From positions 19,538 through 83,537 of the forward strand of contig CAJTNR010000004.1 in NCBI GenBank assembly GCA_910577635.1: a stretch of DNA of 64,000 nt. The letters are read 5' to 3'. The notes under the pieces were generated by a model, which saw only the letters and a list, made by a program, of their open reading frames with translations, did not search any database and was not told the DNA's origin. How positions within the stretch are numbered: position 1 is the first letter of the stretch; every line of letters begins with the position of its first letter. Below are positions 27,976 to 34,944 of the stretch, in pieces. The translations under genes and the position numbers were made by a program. This DNA comes from an uncultured Vampirovibrio sp. (GTDB lineage Bacteria > Cyanobacteriota > Vampirovibrionia > Gastranaerophilales > Gastranaerophilaceae).

Positions 27976-28024
27976 CTTTCCCTATATTTTCATTATACCC
28001 TATTTATTACAAAATTCAAGACTT
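27976..28024. repeat. conserved 3' box, copy 2
   Basis: CTTTCCCTATATTTTCATTATACCCTATTTATTACAAAATTCAAGACTT, paralogous to 27567-27614. Confidence 0.7.
27992..28019 (-). promoter_or_regulatory. convergent antisense promoter, module 2 (TTGAAT-16-TATAAT)
   Basis: Minus strand: -35 TTGAAT (28019-28014), 16-nt spacer, -10 TATAAT (27997-27992). The predicted start near 27985 points back through the hairpin and the 25-codon ORF. Confidence 0.55.
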
Positions 28025-28326
28025 GAAAGATTTTCTGAAAAAAGCGATAAAGTTTACTATGAGTTTAAAAACTTATTATTGAGATTGGCTTTTGGTAATT
28101 ACAGTTTTTTTTTATTTTTTGTATAATTTTTTAATCCCTAAAAAAACTAAAGACTAAAAGTTTTTATGCTAACTTTTTTAGCTAGCAGCAATTTTTGCAA
28201 TTTGATTGATAAATTAATAACAGGATTTATAGAAAACAACAAAAAAGTATTGCAATTGAAAATTAAAAAGATTCTTTATAAAGAATACAAAAATAGCAAA
28301 AATTTTTCAAGATTTTAATTTAAGTA

Positions 28327-28398
28327 AGCGGGAGACGGGACTCGAACCCGCGGCGTCAACCTTGGGAAGGTTGCATTCTACCACTGAATTACTCCCGC
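28327..28398 (-). tRNA. tRNA-Gly (anticodon CCC)
   Basis: The reverse complement folds as a cloverleaf: acceptor GCGGGAG/CTCCCGC, D arm ATTC..GAAT, anticodon stem CAACC/GGTTG with loop TTCCCAA, T arm with GGTTCGAGTCC. CCA is not encoded. Confidence 0.9.
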
Positions 28399-28411
28399 AT
28401 CAAAAGGTTGT

Positions 28412-28453
28412 AAAAATACAAAAACTGCCTTTTTGCAGTTTTTGTATTTTTTT
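28412..28453. terminator. 17-bp perfect hairpin between the two tRNA-Gly genes
   Basis: AAAAATACAAAAACTGC (28412-28428) pairs perfectly with GCAGTTTTTGTATTTTT (28435-28451), with loop CTTTTT. A/T tails on both sides make it terminator-like in either direction. Confidence 0.7.
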
Positions 28454-28470
28454 ATGAAATTTTTAAAAAA

Positions 28471-28546
28471 TGGAGCGGACGACGAGGTTCGAACTCGCAA
28501 CATCTTGCTTGGAAGGCAAGTACTCTACCAATTGAGCTACGTCCGC
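28471..28546 (-). tRNA. tRNA-Gly (anticodon UCC), CCA encoded
   Basis: Reverse complement: GCGGACG TA GCTC AATTGGTA GAGT A CTTGC CTTCCAA GCAAG ATGTT GCGAG TTCGAAC CTCGT CGTCCGC T CCA. Confidence 0.9.
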
Positions 28547-28573
28547 AAACAATTTTTATTCAATTATCAATTT
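28534..28573. repeat. direct repeat copy A (tRNA-Gly(UCC) 5' end plus upstream leader)
   Basis: GAGCTACGTCCGCAAACAATTTTTATTCAATTATCAATTT. It recurs at 28644-28684 with one extra base and one substitution. Confidence 0.85.
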
Positions 28574-28581
28574 TTTCGGGT

Positions 28582-28600
28582 CTGACGCAGCTCAATTGGT
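28582..28600 (+). other. inverted fragment resembling tRNA-Gly(UCC) positions about 3-20
   Basis: Plus-strand CTGACGCAGCTCAATTGGT compared with the tRNA sense strand (minus) GGACGTAGCTCAATTGGT. Two mismatches, opposite orientation. Confidence 0.5.
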
Positions 28601-28643
28601 TTATTACTATTTTTCATTGCCTCAACTAAAGTTTCTGCAACGG

Positions 28644-28684
28644 GAGCTACGTTTCGCAAACAATTTTTATTCAATTATCAATTT
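28644..28684. repeat. direct repeat copy B
   Basis: GAGCTACGTTTCGCAAACAATTTTTATTCAATTATCAATTT, about 110 nt from copy A. It lacks the rest of a tRNA. Confidence 0.85.
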
Positions 28685-28753
28685 ATTCTGCAAAAAATTC
28701 TTTGCTTACCAAACAATAATTTAACAAAAAAATAAAATATTTGCAAGAATTTT

Positions 28754-29941
28754 TTATAAATTGCTAAGCAAATTATCTAAACGCTCCATTGCTTCTTTGG
28801 TTGCTTCATAAGAATTAAAAGAAGTTAATCTAAAGAATCCTTCGCCATTCTTTCCAAAACCGCATCCAGGGGTTCCAACAACTGCGATATTGTATAAAAG
28901 ACAGTTGAAAAATTCCCAGCTTTCCATATTGGAGGGACATTTTAACCAAATATAGGGAGAATTAATTCCGCCAGTAAACCAGATATTGTGTTTTTTTAAA
29001 GTATCAGCGATTATTGACGCATTTTTTTTGTAATAATCAATATTCTCCTTAATTTCTTCCTGACCGGCTTCGCTAAAAACAGCTTCGGCTCCTTTTTGAA
29101 TAATATATGAAACGCCATTAAACTTAGTTGTTTGTCTTCTAAGCCACATCTTATTAAGTTCTGTGTTATTGTAGTTAAGATCCAAAGGAACTATTGTATA
29201 GCCCAGACGTGTTCCTGTAAAACCGGCGGTTTTAGATAAAGAACAAAACTCAATCGCACAAGACTTAGCGCCGTCAATTTCATAAATGCTTCTAGGTAAA
29301 TCCTTGTCAGTTATAAAGCTTTCATAGGCAGCATCGAATAGAATTACCGCATTATTCTCCAATGCCCAGTTAACCCAGGCTGTGAGCTGATCTTTATTAT
29401 AAACTGCTCCTGTCGGATTGTTAGGAGAGCAGATATAGGCTATATCTGCTTTTAAATTTTTATCAGGTACAGGAAGGAAGTTGTTATCCTTATTGGCTTC
29501 TAAAAAAACTATCTCTCTTCCATCCATTGTATTGGTATCAACATAAACAGGATAGACAGGGTCAGGAATCAAGACTTTGTTTTTTTTAGAAAAAATATCC
29601 AGAATATTTCCTAAATCAGATTTAGCTCCATCTGAAATAAAAATTTCCTGCGTTTTTAAGTTAACTTTTCTATTCTGATAATACTTTTGAATTTTTTCCC
29701 TTAAAAAGCTATACCCCTGTTCAGGTCCATAGCCATGGAACCCTTCTTGAGTACCCATTTCAACACAGGCTTTTTGCAGTGCTTCAACTACAGTTTTGCA
29801 CAAAGGTCTTGTTACATCTCCTATTCCAAGGCGGATGATATCTTTCTCTGGATGTTCGTTTATAAATTCAAAGACCTTTTTGCTGATTGTTGAAAACAAA
29901 TAACTTGTTTCTAAATTTTTATAATTATTGTTAATTTCCAT
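28754..29941 (-). CDS. dapL: LL-diaminopimelate aminotransferase
   Basis: N-terminal NNYKNLETSYLFSTISKKV matches the DapL-type N-terminus. PLP lysine motif SLSKTAGFTGTRLGY. Length 395 aa. Confidence 0.85.
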   Translation of the reverse strand: MEINNNYKNLETSYLFSTISKKVFEFINEHPEKDIIRLGIGDVTRPLCKTVVEALQKACVEMGTQEGFHGYGPEQGYSFLREKIQKYYQNRKVNLKTQEIFISDGAKSDLGNILDIFSKKNKVLIPDPVYPVYVDTNTMDGREIVFLEANKDNNFLPVPDKNLKADIAYICSPNNPTGAVYNKDQLTAWVNWALENNAVILFDAAYESFITDKDLPRSIYEIDGAKSCAIEFCSLSKTAGFTGTRLGYTIVPLDLNYNNTELNKMWLRRQTTKFNGVSYIIQKGAEAVFSEAGQEEIKENIDYYKKNASIIADTLKKHNIWFTGGINSPYIWLKCPSNMESWEFFNCLLYNIAVVGTPGCGFGKNGEGFFRLTSFNSYEATKEAMERLDNLLSNL

Positions 29942-29977
29942 AAAATCCTCTGTATTTAATAAGGATTCTATTATAAA

Positions 29978-31531
29978 TTAATTCAGCTCAACAGTCAATG
30001 TAATAGTTGCAGGTTTTGATAAAAACCCTTGAGCCGGAGGCTTCATAAACTTTAGAGTATCGGTTATTACTTTTTTAACCGAATTATCAATTAATCGAGA
30101 CCCTGAGGATTGATTAATTTTAATTGAGTTGATATCTCCAAGATAGTTAATTGTAATATCAGCCTTAACCATTCTGTTTATTGGTGCATCATTAACCAAA
30201 AGAAGGTCGTTTTGAAGGTTTAATTTTATGTTTTTTCCTGTAAGCTGCAAAAATTTAGTATAGTTTTTATTCTTAACAATGCTTTCAGGCGCCTCCCAGG
30301 AGACTTTTGATACACCAGGAGTATAGACGGGCTTAGCTGAGATCGGCTGGTTGATAACAAATTCTTCAATTCCTCTTTGTTTAGGAATTAACTTAGCCTG
30401 ATGGGAGGATTCAAAATCACTCTCAGTATAGTTAGTGTTCTCATCCTCAAGCTGGGCAATTTCGTGGTTCTGCTGAACAATCTCTTTAGTATCTTTAAGT
30501 GAAATTAAAGAAAAAGTCAAAAGAACAAAAAAGAGAATAACTGTTGTTATAATTGCTCTTGCACCATTTGTATTAACAAGTGTTTTAATTGTTCCGATTT
30601 CAATTTTTGGAATATCCGTAAAAACTGATTCAATAAACTTTTTAATTTGCGCTCTTTTGCCCCTAAACTCAACATTAGCTGCGCTTTTTTCGAATGCTTC
30701 TGCAGCTTGTGATACATAGTTTTTATATTCCAATGTTTCTGGGGGCTCCTGTGCTGCTATAACAGGATCAACAGCGCAAGGAGCAACAGGGACGCTTACT
30801 GGATTATTGTTCGGTTTTTGTCTTTTTTCACTAATTATATGAGGATACTTATTAACAGCATTTGCGGTTTTTTCAAACTCTAAAGTATCGATAAACCTTG
30901 CAAGACAAGCTTCACAGTTCATTATATGATTAATAAACTGTTTTTTATATTGAGACGATAGGTCCTTATCGATAAACTTGAGAAACAGACTCATACAGTC
31001 AACGTGGTTTCCTATAACAGGTTTTTTAGACAATGGATATTTAGTTAAACTTTTGAATTTTTCAAAACCAAAAACCAGATCTAATCTTGGATAATAATAC
31101 TTAGAATCATTCTTTGATTGAGGAACGTTTTTACCTTCAACAAAACCAATAAGTTTTGCTTCTTTAATTCTTGTTCCAATTTGAACGATAAAATAAAAAT
31201 CAGGCAAAATTCCCATTTCATCATGGATTTTAGGAATTTTTACTGTTTTTTCCTGATAGAGGGTAATAACATAAATTCTATAGCTATTGTAGGTAATATC
31301 GCTTATTCTAAACTCTTCATAGAGAATTGGAACTTTATAGATGCTTTTTTTAGTATCTGCTTTAATATTCTTTGAATAAAAATAATTAACAGCACAGTTA
31401 AGCCCCAGGACATCTATCAAGTATCTTTTTCTTTTTGCTGGATCATCTAATCTGGCACTTAGGAATCTGGCGTTTTTAGCTTGTTCTTCGTTGATTTGTG
31501 TAATTTGCGCTTTTTGCATTTTTATATACAC
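29978..31531 (-). CDS. membrane protein with zf-HC2 (anti-sigma-type) motif and TonB-C-like C-terminal domain
   Basis: HIMNCEAC (nt 30905-30928) fits HxxxCxxC. A single TM helix (IITTVILFFVLLTFSLISL) follows. The C-terminal roughly 80 aa (KADITINYLGDINSIKINQSSGS...VKKVI) resemble a TonB C-terminal fold. The N-terminal roughly 165-aa domain is unassigned. The start may be ATG 31519 rather than GTG 31531. Confidence 0.65.
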   Translation of the reverse strand: MYIKMQKAQITQINEEQAKNARFLSARLDDPAKRKRYLIDVLGLNCAVNYFYSKNIKADTKKSIYKVPILYEEFRISDITYNSYRIYVITLYQEKTVKIPKIHDEMGILPDFYFIVQIGTRIKEAKLIGFVEGKNVPQSKNDSKYYYPRLDLVFGFEKFKSLTKYPLSKKPVIGNHVDCMSLFLKFIDKDLSSQYKKQFINHIMNCEACLARFIDTLEFEKTANAVNKYPHIISEKRQKPNNNPVSVPVAPCAVDPVIAAQEPPETLEYKNYVSQAAEAFEKSAANVEFRGKRAQIKKFIESVFTDIPKIEIGTIKTLVNTNGARAIITTVILFFVLLTFSLISLKDTKEIVQQNHEIAQLEDENTNYTESDFESSHQAKLIPKQRGIEEFVINQPISAKPVYTPGVSKVSWEAPESIVKNKNYTKFLQLTGKNIKLNLQNDLLLVNDAPINRMVKADITINYLGDINSIKINQSSGSRLIDNSVKKVITDTLKFMKPPAQGFLSKPATITLTVELN

Positions 31532-31669
31532 TGCCCCATAGTCTTTATATTAATAATGTGACACATAATCAGATATTTTTCAAAAGTTTTTTTAAATTTT
31601 CTATAGTTTTGTTTCATTTTCTTAATATTAATTGTTTTAGTTTAGTTTTTTTATAATACAATTATTGGT

Positions 31670-33724
31670 ATGAAAAAAGATTTTTTATTGGAAATATTGG
31701 TTCAAGAGCTTCCCTATAAGTTCATCCCGAGCGCTATTTTGCAGCTAAAAAGCTCTTTTGAAAAACTATTCAAAGATTCTGGTTTGGATTATGGTGCAGT
31801 TGAAGTTTATGCAACTCCAAGAAGACTAGCTGTTCTGGTTAATAATTTATCCGAATCGCAACAAACTGTTACAAAAGATATTAAAGGTCCTGTTCTTTCT
31901 GCTGCAAAAACTCCGCAAGGAGATTACAGCCAGGCAGCAATCGGTTTTGCGAGGAAGAATAATGTTGACACAAAAGATTTATACGAAAAAGACAACTATA
32001 TATATGCAAAAGTTGAAATTAAAGGAAAAACCGCTCAAGATGTCCTTAAGGACAATGTTGAAAATATTATCCTAAAACTTCAAGGACCCCACTTTATGCG
32101 CTGGGGCTATAATACGCAAAAATTTTCAAGACCAATTGAGAATATTGTTGCACTGTTGGATAACGAAGTTATTGACCTATCAGTTTTTAATATTAAAGCA
32201 ACAAACAAAACCCAGGGTCATAGATACTCTAAAAACCGCTATTTGACAATCGATGAGCCTCGAAACTACGTAGAAATTCTAAAAAAAGGCAATGTTTTTG
32301 TTAATCAGGAACAAAGAAGAAAAATTATTGTTGAATCAGCACAAAACCTGGCTTCAAAAAACAATCTTACAATTGATTTATCCAATGTTGAGGAGTTGTT
32401 AGAAGAAATTACATATATTACCGAATATCCGGTTTGCGTGTTGTGTGAGTTTGATAAAAAATACTTAAAAATCCCTTCAATTGTAACAACTACAGTAATG
32501 ATTCAACACCAGAGGTATTTGCCCTTATGGGATGATAAAAACAACCTTTCGAATCATTTTATAACAATAGCAAACTATGTTGGATCTGATTTTTCAAATA
32601 TTCAAAGAGGAAATCAAAGAGTAATTACAGCTCGATTAGAAGATGCGGTATTTTTCTTTGAAGAAGATAATAAGACTAAACTAATTGATAAAATTGAAAA
32701 CCTATCTGGAATGACTTTCCAAAAAGGCTTTGGAACTTTATTTGATAAAACCAATCGTTTGGCTGAATTAGCTCAATACATAAGCGGGGAGCTAAAAATC
32801 GAAGACAACACAGACGTTTTGCGCTGCGCTAAGCTTGCTAAGTGTGATTTATCAACAAAACTTGTTTTCGAATTTACCGAACTTCAAGGTTTTATAGGTG
32901 AAAATTATGCATTATTAGATGGAGAAAAAGAAACTGTTGCGCGCGGAGTTAAAGAACACTATTTCCCTCTTTGCGCTAATTCTGAACTACCCGCAGAAAC
33001 AACAGGACAAATTGTTTCAATAGCCGATAAGATAGATACAATCTGCGCTTTGTTTTTATCAACCAAAGACAACAAAAAGAAACGCCCTACAGGCTCTAAT
33101 GACCCATTGGGTGCAAGAAGGGCTGCGATTGGGATTATAAGGACAATAATTGAAAAAAAACTTAATTTAGATTTAGATAAACTTATAAAATTCTCACTTG
33201 AGCTTCTATCTAAAGAATTCTCAATTAATGATATTCAAGAAGTTTATTTGGATATCAAAGAATTCTTTACTCAAAGACTTGTGGTAATGTTTGAGAGTCA
33301 ATTCAGCATTAATATTATCAATTCTGTTTTGTCTTATAATCCTTTAGTTAATCTTGAAGAATTTTTAAATAGAGCAAAAGTTGTCTTAGAATTCAATAAT
33401 AATCCCTGCTATATTCCTATTAAAGAAAATGCTCTTAGAATTCAAAGGATACTAAAAAATTCAGCAAATAATGAAGTTAAAGAAAACTTATTTGTATTAA
33501 ACGAGGAAAAAGAACTTTATAAAGCGATTGTTAATCACACGCAAACTCCTTCTAATTTGGCGCAATACATTGAATCTTTAAATCCTTTAAATAAATTTAT
33601 TGTTGAATTTTTCGACAAAGTTTTAGTAATGGATAAAGACGAAGCCATTAAAACCAACAGGCTTTCTCTTCTCAATTTATTAAGAACAAAGTACAATGCA
33701 GTTTGTGATTTTGAAAAACTATAG
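31670..33724 (+). CDS. glyS: glycine--tRNA ligase beta subunit
   Basis: 684 aa. N-terminal LLEILVQELPYKFIPSA, YATPRRLAV, and ELQGFIGENYA motifs are typical of GlyS. Confidence 0.92.
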   Translation: MKKDFLLEILVQELPYKFIPSAILQLKSSFEKLFKDSGLDYGAVEVYATPRRLAVLVNNLSESQQTVTKDIKGPVLSAAKTPQGDYSQAAIGFARKNNVDTKDLYEKDNYIYAKVEIKGKTAQDVLKDNVENIILKLQGPHFMRWGYNTQKFSRPIENIVALLDNEVIDLSVFNIKATNKTQGHRYSKNRYLTIDEPRNYVEILKKGNVFVNQEQRRKIIVESAQNLASKNNLTIDLSNVEELLEEITYITEYPVCVLCEFDKKYLKIPSIVTTTVMIQHQRYLPLWDDKNNLSNHFITIANYVGSDFSNIQRGNQRVITARLEDAVFFFEEDNKTKLIDKIENLSGMTFQKGFGTLFDKTNRLAELAQYISGELKIEDNTDVLRCAKLAKCDLSTKLVFEFTELQGFIGENYALLDGEKETVARGVKEHYFPLCANSELPAETTGQIVSIADKIDTICALFLSTKDNKKKRPTGSNDPLGARRAAIGIIRTIIEKKLNLDLDKLIKFSLELLSKEFSINDIQEVYLDIKEFFTQRLVVMFESQFSINIINSVLSYNPLVNLEEFLNRAKVVLEFNNNPCYIPIKENALRIQRILKNSANNEVKENLFVLNEEKELYKAIVNHTQTPSNLAQYIESLNPLNKFIVEFFDKVLVMDKDEAIKTNRLSLLNLLRTKYNAVCDFEKL

Positions 33725-33729
33725 TTCCA

Positions 33730-34437
33730 ATGGAAAAAATTACAGCAATAATTAAAACAAAAAACGCTGATAAGACTTTGTGCAATATCTTAGAGTCAAT
33801 AAAAACCATAGATGAAATTATTGCGCTTGATGATAATTCTACAGATGACACCATTGATATTCTAAAAGAATATAAAGCAAAAATTGTCTATTTTTCATAT
33901 AACGAGCTTGATTATGCCTTAAACCAGGCTTTAGCAGATGCAATGGGGGATTGGATTCTAATTGTCGAACAAGACGAAATTATTCCTTCAAGTTTAATTG
34001 AAAAACTAAAAAACTATAGTTTAAACCCTAAAAAAAATAAATATTCAGTTCTTTTGAACCAAAAAGTTTTCTATTTGAATAAAGAATTAAGAGCAGCTGC
34101 TAATTGGACTTTAAGGTTTTTTAAGAAAGACTGTTGTACTTTTAGGGATAATAAAGCTGTAATAAAAAAAGGAAAAAGTCTTAAAATTAAACCTTGCTTT
34201 TATAAGTATATCGACAATAATATTGTTAATAGATTGAATAACACCTTAAGTCAAAAAGCTCAGGCGGATTCTAGAGCTCCTAAGGTTTTTATTAATCCTG
34301 TTTTGAGTTTTTTCTATTACTATTTTTTTAAAAAGGCAATTCTTGATAAAAAACAAGGACTAATCTTTGCTCTTGAAAAAGCTTTCAATAGCTTTATTCA
34401 AGAAGTTATACTGTTTGAAAAAAAGGAGGAAGAATGA
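33730..34437 (+). CDS. family 2 glycosyltransferase
   Basis: The N-terminal ITAIIKTKNADKTL...IIALDDNSTDDT pattern (GT-A fold, DxD-like) is typical of GT2. Confidence 0.8.
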   Translation: MEKITAIIKTKNADKTLCNILESIKTIDEIIALDDNSTDDTIDILKEYKAKIVYFSYNELDYALNQALADAMGDWILIVEQDEIIPSSLIEKLKNYSLNPKKNKYSVLLNQKVFYLNKELRAAANWTLRFFKKDCCTFRDNKAVIKKGKSLKIKPCFYKYIDNNIVNRLNNTLSQKAQADSRAPKVFINPVLSFFYYYFFKKAILDKKQGLIFALEKAFNSFIQEVILFEKKEEE

Positions 34438-34889
34438 TAGTTGATAAACTTATGAATGCTAATCAATATTCTATGCTTAATGAAAACCTAAAAAAAGGCT
34501 TTGATTTTTTGCTTAATTCAAATTTAGAAAACCTGAAAGAAGGGAAACATACAATCCTAGGGGATGATATTTTTGCTCTTGTTCAAACGCTTACAACTAA
34601 ACAGGAAAGTGAAAAAAAGTGGGAAAAACACAAAAAATATATTGATATCCAATGCATTATAAAAGGGACTGAGCGCTTTGGATACGGCTTTTTGGAAGAT
34701 TTTAAAAAAGTCATAGTTCCATATGATGATAAAAAAGATATTGAGTTTTTAGATGGTGATAAGTTTAATTTTTTGAATCTAAAAAAAGGTGAATTTGTAG
34801 TTTTTTACCCTGATGATATCCATGCTCCAATGCTTTCAGTTGAAGATGATATTGAAATTAAAAAAGTAATTGTTAAAGTTAGAATTTAA
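34434..34889 (+). CDS. YhcH/YjgK/YiaL-family protein (DUF386)
   Basis: 151 aa with HKKYIDIQCIIKGTE and FVVFYPDDIHAP, characteristic of this cupin-like family. Confidence 0.8.
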   Translation: MIVDKLMNANQYSMLNENLKKGFDFLLNSNLENLKEGKHTILGDDIFALVQTLTTKQESEKKWEKHKKYIDIQCIIKGTERFGYGFLEDFKKVIVPYDDKKDIEFLDGDKFNFLNLKKGEFVVFYPDDIHAPMLSVEDDIEIKKVIVKVRI

Positions 34890-34944
34890 TTTATATTTCT
34901 TTACTTTAATTGATAATATCTAAATAAAAATATATAATTAAATT

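Noticed and set aside
28166-28318. 50-codon forward ORF (MLTFLASSNFCNLIDKLITGFIENNKKVLQLKIKK...) just before tRNA-Gly(CCC), with a TATAAT at 28122-28127 upstream
   Set aside because: It has no Shine-Dalgarno sequence and a Lys/Asn-rich composition that AT-rich spacer produces easily. It ends 9 nt from the tRNA 3' end. It is too weak to call as a gene, though ribosome profiling could revive it.
28575-28660. Possible third (pseudo) tRNA between the duplicated leader copies
   Set aside because: Only the first roughly 13 nt (copy B) and an inverted roughly 18-nt fragment resemble a tRNA. I cannot draw a cloverleaf, anticodon arm or T arm. I treat it as recombination debris, not a gene.
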